Shown here: piece by piece, positions 32,855 through 46,640 of the stretch
Position numbering within the stretch: position 1 is the first letter of the stretch
Layout of the letters: each line of letters begins with the position of its first letter
Origin: Balanoglossus misakiensis
Taxonomy: Eukaryota > Animalia > Hemichordata
Length of the DNA: 64,000 nt
Reading direction: 5' to 3'
Assembly: GCA_040954595.2 (NCBI GenBank)
Contig: CM082577.2
Span: 8,023,846-8,087,845, forward strand
Notes under the pieces: model-generated
The model's database searches: none
Seen by the model: the letters and a program-made list of their open reading frames with translations, nothing else
What the model was told of the DNA's origin: nothing
Translations under genes and position numbers: made by a program

Positions 32855-35800
32855 CTTCAAGAAAGGTTACCTTCGTGACAAAATAAAGAAAGAAATTGCA
32901 TGTCGATATAGGTTAGCTGGTTGGAGACTGTAATAATCGAACCGGTTTGAACTCCTACAGGGTAACAAGATCTCGTGACTAATGATACAGTTAGTGCCTG
33001 TTCTGCAAATGCCTTAACTTGTTAACCTTTTACATTATAAACTGCTTTGCCTTCAGAAAGGGTATTGCGTATTGCATTTCGGAAACAATTTACCTTAGTC
33101 ACTTTACTTTCAAAACATGTTGCAAACTGTATCTATCGACTTTATCTGAATTATATCTCATGTTTAGATTTGGTCATACGATTGTCAACGTCACTTTCGT
33201 GTTGTCACTATTGAACTGTTGTCGATCACGCTAGAGTATACTCTTAATGCCCGCTGTTATTTTTTAGAAAACTGTAAACGCTAACGGGGCTGTCTTGTTT
33301 TTATATTAAAAAATCCAGGCATGCTTTTGTTCTATAAGCATAGCAGCCTTCTAATCTTCTGCACGTTTTGCCTTAAACACATGGATTTAAAACTGTGCTG
33401 CAGATTATTCTTGAAGATGAGAAGCGAAGAAATGGTTCGGCTTTTTCTTGATGTGTCTTTGGTCATTCAGTAATTGCAAATCACGAATTCACGAACATTG
33501 GAACGATAGGAGTGCTAAATGTTGATATGTCAATTGCAAAGCACAAAGTCACGAATGTTCGAACAATCAAATGATACTCCTATACATGTATTACAATAAA
33601 TCTGTCACCCGAATTTAGTGTTAATTTTTATGTAAAATTCACATCCCGTTTTTTGATATTTAAATCATCACCCAATTAATCTTGTTACGGTAGCTAACCG
33701 AAAAATCTGTGTAAATTCAATTTGAATTACCAACAACTTTTGACTGTCAATATGTACAGAATTGCATTGCAAATTAAAGGTCCCTACTCTACAATACAAA
33801 ATTTAAATTGCTCCAAAGTCCTGTGCAAACTGACAACCCTGTGAGGTTGACACCGGGACAGGCACGTGATTAAAATGGCAACAACAGGGCTGGAAACAGA
33901 CGTAGAGGTCACGCGAGTAATTGTAAACAATATTGAAGTTAAACAATGGCGGGAATATTGTAATCGACGGATTCGATGAATTGCCATAGCGCTGCGCAGC
34001 ACGCTGGCAATGAACAATGGCTTGTTCACCACACTACTATGTAAATCTTGTGGTTTTGCAGGCATTGTATTAGAATATAGGTACATGGCATTAATCAGCC
34101 GAAATTTCAATATGTCATTGTGGGCTAGTATATCATGAAATTCACACAAGGACAGAACCGTCAGAAGATTTACAGCAGAGAATCTTTTTCGACCTCGTGT
34201 GACTTGATTTCTCTTAGCACCGGAGATAATTGGCATTCTATAGTGATAGGATGACATTTGCTACAATGCACAATAATAAGGCGGGAAAGACTAGCTGCAG
34301 GTGTGAGCGAAACGCTATTAAAACGAGAGACGCGCGTGTATATATGTCAAATTGGATAGAAGGCGGTTTTGTTCATTAAAACCATTATTATCCACTCTTG
34401 TGACAATAGAATCTCTTAGAATATTTAATAAATATTCATTTGTTTGAAATTTTAGCACGATGAGAAACTGTGCTAGTCCCACTTGGTACCCCTAGTTCGC
34501 GCGTGGTCGAGAATTCTTAGCACTTTGCGCATGTGCGTGTCACACATCTCCTAAAATGCACTTGAACATATTGTCACCTGGTGCAGTGTAATGCCCCGAA
34601 GCAGTATAACGATACAAGTTTATCGCATTCAACAACAGAAGCAAATTCCGATTTGAAATGACATCCTGCGAAACAGCATGTCCATGTGAAAAGAGAAACG
34701 GAACAAACTAGGCCGACTTCATATAGATAACAAGTCAACGGTAATTGTGTTGCTAGTTAGTAATTTATAACACTTTTTGGATTTACTATTTTCTGAATGT
34801 TTTCATCTTTCTCTGAAAACTGGAGTCAGGAAATAAAGTAAGACCTCTTATACTTCTGCTGTTCTAGATGTGAGTAGTCATACATATATGATGGTGATGA
34901 AACATTTAAGTAAAAATACGTCTTCACCACGTACAAATAATATCCACAGCTCCGAGGAATGGGGTCTGACGTCGTTTCGTATGTTGTCGGGTCGAATCGT
35001 CCGTTGTATACGCGCCCCCGAGAGCAACGTAACCAGCTTTTGTATGTGTCTTAAGTTGACTGATTATGCTGCTAATATTCTGAACCGAAAGGCTACCCAT
35101 ATCTTTATATTATTTGGCGACGTGAAATACTAAACTTTCTGAATACAGATGAAATGGACCGTAAAGTCTCATTACCGATTTGGCGGTACACGTGTAATTT
35201 GCAAGAACCCCCAGGCACACAAGAATTCAGGTGTTTGTCTGATGAAAACGTGCTATCACATGTGCTGTTATTTGGTCCCTTATAAAATATGAATGTAAGT
35301 CTGATGATGTGCATCGTATAAAGTAAATATATTATAGGAAGCATCGGTATTGATAATTTGAAGAGCTGCGCACAGCACGAAGCACAGCTGCTTTTCCTAT
35401 TATCTGACTGGCGCCAAATGGTACAATAACACCGTTGAATCTAGTCGTAATAATGACCACGACATTCATCCGCGGAAAAATAAACACAGGGTTTATTTGT
35501 GAAATAGCTCGGTGTATACATTGAAAGTGAAATTGTTCTTTCCGTGGCGATATTCGAATTGTTATTGCAAAGCTTGTAAGCTTTTCGTATAGATTGAACG
35601 ATGGTTTATCTTAGCATTACCGTGATATGCCAAATATTAAGACTGTTTGTACGGATGCGCCTTCTAACGATTTCTGCTAAGTTTGCATTCCTGCCGAGCG
35701 GTGAAGAGAACCCCAAAACAGCAGTCGAATGGAATCAATTGTGTGTTGCTGGGCAATGTTTACATGTCGATCAATACACTGCATGTGTAAACGGTTAAAA

Positions 35801-38668
35801 GCTGGAATATACGAGTTTGATATCGAAATGTGGTTCCCGGAGGCAGCGCCCACGATATGCCTTATAAAACGGTGACCTCTGCAGTCGACTTAATTCATAA
35901 GCTTTCAGGTTTCTCTTAAAACCAAACATGACCTAGAAACATCATGATAAACAATATTATCAGTTTATTATTCTATGGATATCAAAGAACCGCCAGTCTT
36001 TTGCAGTCTGTCATTGATTTTATTGAATAATGTACCTGGATACTTCGCATGATGTATCCACCCAATGGCATGCAAACGTGCACGCTGTCAGATGTACTGT
36101 CATATAGACAGGCAGACAGACAGACAGACTGACAGACAGACACTCACATACCTACTCACTCGCATGCACACATAATGAATAATATTAAACCAAGTAGGAA
36201 CCAAAACATCGCACGATGAACACTGTATCCAATGAATGAAAAAACACCAACACCGTCCGATCTCTGGAAACTTTGCCATGGTAACAGATTGCCTGTCGAG
36301 AGGAAGAGTCAGATTCACAGAGTAAGTCGATCGCGTCATGCCTTTCTCCATTTACGGCGCGCGCATCAATCCTTCTTCCAGGACCCGAAAAAAGAGAACA
36401 GCTGCCACGGGCAAATTCATGTCGAGTTCGCGGGGAAACCCGAGATTTAGATCTCAGCTAGCACATCTCACGTCGACTGGCAGGAGTAATTACGTGGGCA
36501 TCGATCAATCATCCAACCCATGCTTGGCGATGCAAATTAAGTGCAAACTGCGCACACGCTATACCGTAACACGATAATAAATCAGAACAAACGCCGTTTC
36601 ATTGAAATTAAAGTGATATCGAGTTTTCACAAATGCCTCAATGCATGTTAGAAAAAAATAAGTTAAACACAGGTTATTCTGAAGAGACCGTTGTACTTCT
36701 GTTTTTTTTTTATTTCTGTAGTAATATTTTTAATTTACCATTCCTTATGTTGGTAGCTTGTCTTTACTATACTTTTGCCAAACTCTCTTACTTTAAATGC
36801 CCTTTCCTAATTTTTATACCAACAACAGCTGCAGTTCCAAAAAGAACATGTACAAAAATTGCCCAAACTCCAAGCGCCACCATTTATCTACCATGTCCAT
36901 ACTGTACTTTTAACTATTTCTTGAAATCCGATCATGTGGTTTCTCTTTGAAACATATTCATTTCCCGCCATCCGGTTCTTATAGCGTCCAGAAAGACTAT
37001 TGACTCTGAGAGCACCGCACTAGTACAAATATGATCATACGGTTTTATGTTGAGCTCTTTATACCTGGCAATCGCCGAACCTATTGAAAAATTCAACTAT
37101 TTCTCAATACATCATATTTTATGAGGGGCAAGATTGATAAGATGTCTAATAAAATATTGCATATGGTTTAAATGGACGTCCACTTACCGAGACAAGACGA
37201 ACGTCAAGTTGATGCGTTTCTAATGGCGACGGATAATTAAGATTTATTGATGGTTTTTCCTTACGTCGTTCGGCTAAACATATTACTGAAATGATTGCTT
37301 GACTTGTCACGAAATATTACCTTGTAACAAGCCGATATGAGTTCCTGTAACATCGGTGGCTTTTGTCTCATCAAGCGATAATGTTAACGTCTGAGACAGG
37401 GGTATTAGTGCCGTCGCATCCATACATTGCGCTGGAGGCAATGACGGCATATGGCGATGATTACGTCACCGTGCAAGTAATTCCTTTGTAAAAAAAAAAA
37501 CAACGAGGCTGACGTATTTTTTTTTTTCAAAACTTCTGATTGGTTGGTCTGTATTTGTTACAAAATGTACGCAAAAGAAAATGATCGTGAATACACTCGC
37601 GCATCTATTGCCCGTTAACCAACAGTGTGTGTTTTACTGTATTTTAAGACATCGGGTTACCGTAGAAAGGCGAAGTACTTGATGTGTCCAGTTTTCGTTT
37701 AAGCTGTGGCAATTACCGAAGTGGATGTGGAATGATCGGATCTTCTGGTGATAAATGATGTCATCTTCACATAGGCCTAATAAAAATGTTAATTGGACTA
37801 CTTAAATTGGTTGTTGACACTGCCAAACTTAAATTGTTCAATAGTTCCGATGTCCTCCAAATCTATGATTATTGATATTACACCTCCCATACTGCTGATG
37901 TAGAATAATTTCCAATTAAGTTGGCTATGATATCCGGGAACACCACCGATAACAGTGCAAAGTCTTCTAAATTCAATTTTACCCGTGATAGGCAATCAGA
38001 AAACCATTGACAGCTGTATCAGATTCGCCGGTGGTTTGTTTAGAAGTAAAACCAGAGAGCTTGATTGGGGTCTCAAAACGCTAATTACAATGTATGTGTA
38101 ACTTCACATTTTACTGCGGATTGCCGCAGGAATATCAAACGGAAGATAGCGAAGGATGCCGCGTCAATCAGTCATAGTTGGAAGTTACAATCTGTTTGCC
38201 GTGCCCAAGAGACCGCAGTGAGTGTCGTACTTACCCTCTTCTCTCGACAACATGCATCTTCACGTTTTCAAAGTCACCATCCTGCTGCGGCGGAGGTTAG
38301 CCCTCGGTTTCCAGGTAACAAATGTTCACTGTCGGTTGGAGAAATACCGGCCCCCGTGTTTAAAACAAAATCCAGCGTTGTCTGATGATGCGAAGCGCCT
38401 TTCAGCTGTTGCCGTCGTTATCGAGAAGATCGACTAACTGCTGCCGATGCACAGCTTTGTGGCAGATCAGATCCGTCTTGGAACATGGCCCCTTAAGTCA
38501 CCAACAAAAAGTCGCAGAGTTGGAAACATACCCCTGCTAAGGAGCATGTCTTCCTTCAGCGCCGAAGGATGACACTAAAAATCGCAGTTCTTAAATTACA
38601 AAGCTTAGTGTCTTCTGGTTTCAGTTTGTGCACCACTAGCAGTATATAAAACGAACAGTTGAGTCAGA

Positions 38669-38830
38669 GAATGAATGAATGAATGAATGAATGAATGAAT
38701 GAATGAATGAATGAATGAATGAATGAATGAATGAATGAATGAATGAATGAATGAATGAATGAATGAATGAATGAATGAATGAATGAATGAATGAATGAAT
38801 GAATGAATGAATGAATGAATGAATGAATGA
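38669..38830. repeat. (GAAT)n microsatellite, ~40 perfect units
   Basis: Read directly. Confidence 0.97.
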
Positions 38831-40265
38831 GTAGTTGTATTTTGATTTCGAACATAAAGTACATGTCGATTTACTGCAGTACCTAAGTGCTGTAGCTTAA
38901 TTGAATTAACTATAAAATCGCATATTGGATTTAAGACCAATAAGCTTGAGTCATTTATCCCTGAAACGGCACACCTGAACATGTTTACAGCTTGACCATT
39001 TTACCTCACAACGCAACTCCCGTCATCTGTCGCCGATAGTTGTGAAAACACACCGCAATTTACACCTTGTTTCATGAGTAACGGCTTCATGGGGTCGGAG
39101 TCAGATGTTCAGAGTTCGACCCCAGTGATGCGAGCGCCGAACTTGCAACGTTTCTGTCGTAATGGCGGCAGCGTATATTGGTGACGCAGTATCGTAACCA
39201 TGGCAAGGGGTTTTTTTCTTGGTACGCAATACCGTTCAATGGAACCCTCCAGGTCAAGAAAATGAAAACTCAGTGAAGGGCGTGTGGCACAGCTGCCGTT
39301 CAACTTCAATATGGTTTATCGCTGACCGATTATAACATCACCAGATTCACGAATAAATGGTTCATTTGGTAAGGATATTCGATTTGTAATGATATTTGAT
39401 AATGAAACGCGATATCAACATACCGATTACGCGATCGTGTTTGTCAGTATGCATATAAAATTGATCAGGTATAGATGTTTTTTTGTACGAAGACGAATAT
39501 GAGAATTACGATTATTTTATATACGGTGATATCGTGTTTCGCCTTTCTTCCACAAAACAGCCGTAACCACCAGTAACGAGTACGTATTTTGTTAGGATTA
39601 TGGCAGGAAATCGCAAATAGCGCCTCTGGCGTGCATTGCATTGTGCTCAATTATACATCGTCAAAATAATATGGTCTCCCGCTGAATCAAATGTAAATTG
39701 TTCTTCGATGATAATTTGGTATGTGTCCTCCTTAAGAGTGATCCCGCGAGTACATCATCACTGTCTTTGTGTTCATCATCAAAGCAACGTCATCGTATTG
39801 ATCAACCCCCCATTAGCAGACAATTCAGTAATCAGTATCATGTTCGCAGGATACATGTTCATATTTCCTTTGATAAAGAGAACAACTGTTGTGCGAGCTT
39901 TAACCCATTTTCTTGTTTGATACGATGTTATAACGTGTTACACGCACATGGTCCTTGAACTGGGTGCAGTAAGCATTAGCGCAAAGACCCGGCCCATGAA
40001 ATCCGATTTATCCGAGTTCGAATCTGCGGGCACGTGATTTCTACAAACAACTGAAAATTATACATACTGAAAACGTGACCACGTTTTATCAAGTGTTAAA
40101 TATAATACCTGTAGAATAAGATGCTTGCTTCGAAGAAAGACGCACGAATGTATCGCAGATTATCGACGATCAGCAGCAGAGTAACACACGCGTGCACTTC
40201 TAAATGTGTTGCCGGTTTGATGGCGATTAAGGTGTTTGGCTTCGCCGGGCGACAAAAAAAGAAGA

Positions 40266-40470
40266 CACTACACCACACCACACCACACCGCACCACACCA
40301 CACCACACCACACCACACCACACCACACCACACCACACCACACCACACCACACCACAACACACCACACCACACCACACCACACCACACTACACTACACTA
40401 CACTACACTACACTACACTACACTACACTACACTACACTACACTACACTACACTACTCTACACTACACTA
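40266..40470. repeat. Compound pentanucleotide microsatellite (CACCA)n-(CACTA)n
   Basis: Read directly; the unit switches at about 40388. Confidence 0.95.
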
Positions 40471-40676
40471 TACACTCACTATTAGAGCTACTCGCCACTC
40501 TTGTGGGGAATCTTTCGTCCATGACTCCTCCATTAACATACATATGTTTGTCGACCTGATTTTCCCGTGATAATAGAAATGACTATTGTGAGCATTGCCG
40601 CCAGCAACTGCACTTTCCTTCCTGCCTTTAGTTTCTCTGTTCCGCGAATTAGTCTACTCTCGCTGTTCACCAAAAA

Positions 40677-40805
40677 TGTATGTATGTATGTTAGATGCAA
40701 TAATTGTAGCCTTGGTGGGCTGGCTGGGTGGCTGGGTCGCGCTGTATGTCTGTGTATGTATCTATGTACGTATGTATGTACAATGTATGTATGTATGTAT
40801 GTATA
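40677..40805. repeat. Degenerate (TATG)n repeat
   Basis: Read directly. Confidence 0.75.
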
Positions 40806-43800
40806 CATAAAATTTATCATACAAGAAACAATGACCTATGGCCCACAGCTAATCTTGTTCAATTCTTGTCATATGTCAAGCAGGCACGCTAAATGTCAAA
40901 TAATGGATTGCCTTCTGCTGTTCCATTATGATAAAATTGAAAACTAAGCGGTAAGGTTACCAGGCATCACATGTTACCTGTCTACTTGAAAAACACAAAG
41001 TTCATGGTTTTCGTTGCCAGGCAACTGTTATCGAGGGAGTTCGTAACTATAATAAAGAATCTTTTTTACTTTCTTTCAGGTTAGTTTGTACTGTGGGAGA
41101 AAAATGTATATATACCTGTTGTATCCGTATAGGTAATAGAACAGATCATGTTTAAATTGGCCACAAAACGAATATAGTCGGTTTCTTTCTTCAAAAATTC
41201 AATGGAAAACTAGCACTTAGTAACTTAGCAACAAATATATGTGTCTTTCCGCGAAACTTCTAATCACTATTGATTGTAATATAAGCGATTATACTTAACC
41301 GTATTTGTAATTGGGGAAAATTGAAAGATGATAGATGTACTTACATTTTGTATTATGCGTTGGTTATTCAGAAAAATAATGTCCTAAGATCGAACTGTTC
41401 CATCTATCTTTCTGTCTATCTTATCAATCCAATAACCACCTAAACCTATCGACCTACCCGCCTACACCATCGCCATTCACATATCTATCCATCCACCGAG
41501 CCAACCACCCACCCACCCACCCACCCACCCACCCGCCAACTCAACTATCCACCCAATGTAATGTAGTTGATCCGAGGAAGCTGATTGCCAATTGCATCAT
41601 CATTTAACCCTCTGCCTCCACGTGTATAACTTTCACGGAAGAATTATGGATGAGCATGCAAATAAAAGCAAGTTAATGTACAACTATGAATATAGGCCCT
41701 ATTGCTATCGGGATCTGAGGTAGTTGTGTTAACCTCTTGAAAAATCAATAACGCGTTGTGTAGTTTTCGTGATTATTTTCCCTGAAGTCATACACACTCA
41801 GATAACTAAAAGTAGATGAATTATTAATCGAGAGACTTTACCCCGAATGGATATAAATAGTGAATGCCCATTATGTCCACTTGTCTGTTCAATTGCATTA
41901 TGGGTAAATATCACAAGAACTTAGAACGATGAATGCAAACTTTCTCAAATGGGATTAAGTTTCCAAAACCCTGCCCGAACAAAGCATAGCGTCTTTGGTT
42001 TTTATTGAAATGCATAAGTCGAAAAATTTTCCATCTATCCGTCAAATATAAATAGAGACACACCTTACAAGTTTTGTCAGATAAGATTTTCACATCACGT
42101 TCGTCGCAGAGCGGGTCTTCTTGTTTTCGCTGTGGCCAACACAGTTTAAACAAATCGGGCACATGACAGGGCCCATTGTTCTCAAAACTGTTGCTAGCTG
42201 CGGGCTACCGCCCCTCACAAGTGCATTTTTAAAGGTCAGCCAAGAAAATTTCAAGTACGGAATCCAATATTAGTTTAATAATTATCCGCCAACAAACAAG
42301 ATATATATTGTCATTGACGTGGTTGTTCACAGATGGAAAGCATCTTCGTCGAGTCGAGAAATTACACGAAGTTAAGGTGTCTTTTCCTTTCGATGGCTTC
42401 GACGATGTGATCCGATCAAATTGAAACATTCACGATCATTGACTGTAAATCCCCGCGGTATTTTGTAATTGTACGTTTACAGAAACTATCCCGGGAAAGG
42501 GGAGACGCACCGTGGCTTTAAAGGCGGACATCACGTTCAATGACCACAATTATTAATATGAATGATATCCTAATTATGATCTGGTAGCGAATGTGACAGT
42601 AGGGACATGGTTTGAATTCCCTCACAACAGATCAATCGGTCATGTTACATTGATACATACGTACACGACACATTCACCATGTACTGTTCAGTCGGAGGGA
42701 ATTACACGTATTGAAATTAGGGTCTAGTCATTTTGAACGCGAAATAAATAAAAAAATCGAAGGAAATTAAACGTTTTTTTCTTGCGTTCTGATTTCAGAT
42801 TTCACAGCGCCAGGACGGGAAAAGTGGTTGTGTCACCCTTTCCGTGACATCTCGCCCGGTGTCTCCATTTCCGTTCAGTCAACAGCAATTTCACCGAAGG
42901 CAAATTGAATTTGACGTCAGCAGAAGTGGAAACAAATCCATTGCCATCTCGACCTTTTTTACCCCCACTAGACGATTCAGGATGAAGATGCGTGAGAGCC
43001 GCGGTTGCGTTGTCGACACTCTTTGTGCGATACTGGAGAGGGAAATCCGATGGTGAATTGTACTAATAGTCTGTAATAACATTGGGGATCATCATCTCAA
43101 TAATGAACAAATCGTTATATGAATAACGGTAATGTCATGAATGACAATGTGTCTCGAGGCTGTTGTTATCTCCACAATGGAGCACATCGCCAGTTTTGTG
43201 TTACCTTGACAACCAAACACGGTAATCGATGCAAGTTTCATAAGATTAGCTTTAGTGGCTTGAACTACTGCTGCAACAGGTTAAGGATATAAACGCCGTC
43301 AGATCCTCCGATGTTTTAATAAATTGCAAGGTGAACCGTGAAATCGAAAGGTTCTCTCCAGAGTAAAACTGAGCGGGTGTGTCATTAATTTAACCTTCAG
43401 CATTGTTTCTTCAAACGTTGAAGATTACAGCCGTTTTATGAAACCAAGAGGTAATTTTTCTTCAATCAACATTTAACTCACCAAGCGCAAAGGAAATTTT
43501 TGTACATTTTCGGTATGTGATGCCATTTAAGTTACAATTTACATTTGGGTTACAATTCGTATTTGTATGATTTATCGTCTTTCGGATTACTCAATGGCTA
43601 TGATAATGATAAAGATACAACAGATTTTGTCTCTTCTTTTAAACAGCTTGATTTAATATGGATTAAAAGGCAGATTAAGCGACCTGAATTCCCTCTCAGA
43701 TTGGAGAACGTATTTCGAATGAGTTCGTCCATTAAAACCTCTCCGTTTTATTACTGCGGTCAAGGATGTACATGGCAAATAAGATGAACCTTTACCATAC

Positions 43801-45919
43801 TGAATACTATATCTTCAAGGGTTGTTAAAACTGCAATGAGCGTTTTAGTTTGTGAAGGAGCTAGGCGAGCTCACCTAACAATATCCATATGCTCTCATTT
43901 TATCTCAGATTTTATTTTCTATACAGTAAGTTTATACCTGACACGTACAATGGGGAAATATTCTAAACTGACACACAATGCGAATTTGGTACTGTGAACT
44001 TTGGCATATGTGGTGAATGACAAAATTCCCTATCTTCTAATGTAGCTTCAGTCCTTCACCCTTCCACCTTCGGTGTGTGCGCAGAACATGTTGTCTGATT
44101 GCTAGTTTCCCCCTCGGACTATTAGTTAGATCAAGTCACAGTGGCCTATAGACGAAGGTTGAAATCAATACACATACCGGATAAAGACGTCGACGGGCGC
44201 GCATCAGATTTAGTCATATTGGCACCGATGTACTTGCATATATCGGTGTATCGTGTTCGCGGGTGGTTATATTTCCAATATGCCAGGAGAATTAAATTAA
44301 CCTTAACGACGCACCCAGACTCCGCGCCAAAACTGTCAGACACCCAAACACAATTATCGAATCTTTATTAAATTATGCCATCTGTACCTAGAATTATATA
44401 AGACTGGATTTGCAGCGGATTTCTGAAATTAAGATGGTTTGAAATACTCCAACCAGCCGTGACTTGAATTCGGAATCGCCACAAGGCTATTTGGAAACAT
44501 GAGTATTGTTGTAGGAAAAGAAGGAACATACTCAGAGGATCAATTATGTTTCAACTGCGGCCAATGACCCATTGTTCCCACTAAAGCCAATTTGCTCACA
44601 CGCACAAAATAATCACTTACCTATACAGCCGCAAGATTAAGGTGATGATAGGTCATGTATTTGAAATAAAATATAGTCTGACGACAGAAAAGTGTCCACT
44701 GGCTCTCAGTAAATGGCGACGCAGGCATTAATACAAGAAACACTCGAGTCAAGTACTGAAAACGAAATTCAAATTCAGTGTACAAATATCAAATCAAGTC
44801 AAAACGTATCCTGGCCTGCAACAGTCCTCTATTTTCAATCTCAAAACATCACTTCTTATCATGTTCTCCGAGAGGTAGAGAGATTGGTGTCATTAAAGAT
44901 CCGCGGTATAATGCAGTTCCGTCAGAAGCAATGATGTCCACACTGTTTTAAGCCCGCCTTGGTGAAAAGGCATGACGTTTCTCTTGCATGTAGAGAGTAG
45001 ACCGTGCCTCGCCAGGTCAGCTTTGGGATACTTACTGAAATATAACTTGTCCAGTACATTCAATCAGTGATGATCGTACAAATTGCGTTTGGAATCGCCA
45101 GGTCAGAATGAGTTTCTGGAACTCGGGCGCGGTAAACCACTGCAGACAAAAGTGACAATGCTGAAAAAAGGGCCACGGCACCAATCTGTTTGTCAGAAAA
45201 TGATTCTTAACGAACCCAAAGCGATATATGCTTTAGACAGCAGCGCGGAACTGATTAGATTCGCTGAAAGCAAGTCCCCATTTCGCTCGTCACAGTAAGT
45301 GCTTGCTGTGCTTTACGGTGTCGTTGCTGACCCGAAAACCATTGGAAGGCCAGGATTGTAAAAATGTGCAAAAGGTGTCATCCCTAAGTTGACGTCTGAT
45401 GGATGCCTTAATGTATGGATGCCCAAGTATCTGAAGGCTCATCAGTTGAAGTTGTGATTATTTCATTCAACGGAAATCTAGCCGAGTTGTTCAGATTCAC
45501 CAAGTCAGATAGTCTCACGTTGGATCTTCAGTCGAGCTGGAAGGTCACGTGATGCAAGTGGAATTAAAGTGAAGTCAAAAGCAGCAGTATTCTTTCTTCT
45601 TGGCTGCGAGTTGACCTTCATCGTTTTCACGTCACCACTACTGACCTCCAAAGTGACAAAACGCCATAATATCACATCCATGGGCAAGTGTAGGGAACAA
45701 ACAATTTGCTTCGAATGGTTGCAAGTGTTTGAAATCAATTGTCTAAAACCTGTACTGATCTTTGTAGGCAGATGTCACATGGCCCATTAGAAAGCTGTTC
45801 TTCTGGGCCACGCGTCGCATTTTCTAGTCATCAATTTACCACGTGTGCAATTTCTGATTATTCAAAAATGGCAATATGAATATGTTCTATTACACCGACG
45901 TCCACTTGGGCAAACCTGA

Positions 45920-46640
45920 TGTTGTGAATTGTTCACATGTACATGGTATTTGCATATAGCAATAGTACCGCACCTGTTGTACAGCACGTGGTTGATTTGA
46001 ATAAAGCTAGCCAGTCGGTACTCAGCAGCCATCATGGTGTCACCGTCTCCGTGCGTGTGCTCTCTCACAACCGTGCTCTCTGAACGCAGCATTTGACGAC
46101 GAGGACACTTCACCCAGCAGCACAGTCGAGTTACTGATCCAAAGTAAGATTCCCACCACTTGTACACCACTGAGTTGTCATTGGAATTTACTCTATCAAT
46201 GCAAAACGGCAGGCGAGGCTGGTTTTATTTTCTCTCGCTTGGATCCATTGGATATCCATACTGACCCTGCCGCATCGGCTCCACGGTGGAAGCGTTGGTT
46301 GGCCCGTTTTGAAAATCGTTGTACCGCATGGAAGATTTTACAGACCCGGACCAAAACTGAGCATTACTTCTGGACAAGGGAGGTGAAGATTCATTTGACG
46401 TTTTAGAAACTCCTGTAACGCCTACAGGTGAATTATATGACGATAGTTATAAACAAATGGTAAAGGCGTTGGACGACTATTTTCTACCAAAGGAGAACAC
46501 TTGATATGAAATCTTCCTATTTTGACGCAATGTACGGCAAGACAATTGTGGTTTCACCGACCAAACTATGACGGATGCTGAAATCAAGCGCCAATTCATT
46601 CAAGGAGGGAGAAACAGAACGGTTCGCCGAACACTACAAG
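45920..46640 (+). mobile_element. Decayed Ty3/gypsy LTR retrotransposon fragment (putative LTR, PBS and gag pseudogene)
   Basis: 46245-46640 translates, with one frameshift and three stops, as PLDIHTDPAASAPRWKRWLARFEN..ALLLDKGGEDSFDVLET..YKQMVKALDDYFLPKENT*YEIFLF*..CGF..EIKRQFIQG..VRR, the typical gypsy gag pattern. Upstream is a TG...CA segment (45920-46034) with AATAAA at 46000, directly followed by PBS-like TGGTGTCA. The LTR part is less certain than the gag part. Confidence 0.85.

Noticed and set aside
32478-32933. Plus-strand ORFs (151 aa, 117 aa) and an alternative-frame minus ORF overlapping gene C
   Set aside because: Shadow ORFs caused by GC-rich codon usage. Only the two-TM frame has a splice acceptor and a coherent architecture.
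33784-34257. 157-aa minus-strand ORF
   Set aside because: No motifs, coding bias or splice context; compatible with chance.
38605-38982. (HSFI)n ORFs
   Set aside because: Translations of the (GAAT)n microsatellite.
39961-40031. tRNA/SINE-like B-box GAGTTCGAATC (a similar one lies at about 42609)
   Set aside because: No cloverleaf or convincing A-box; at most a highly decayed SINE.
40096-40570. His/Thr-rich (HHTTP, HYTTL) and VVWCG repeat ORFs
   Set aside because: Translations of a pentanucleotide microsatellite. The array has no spacers, so it is not CRISPR-like.
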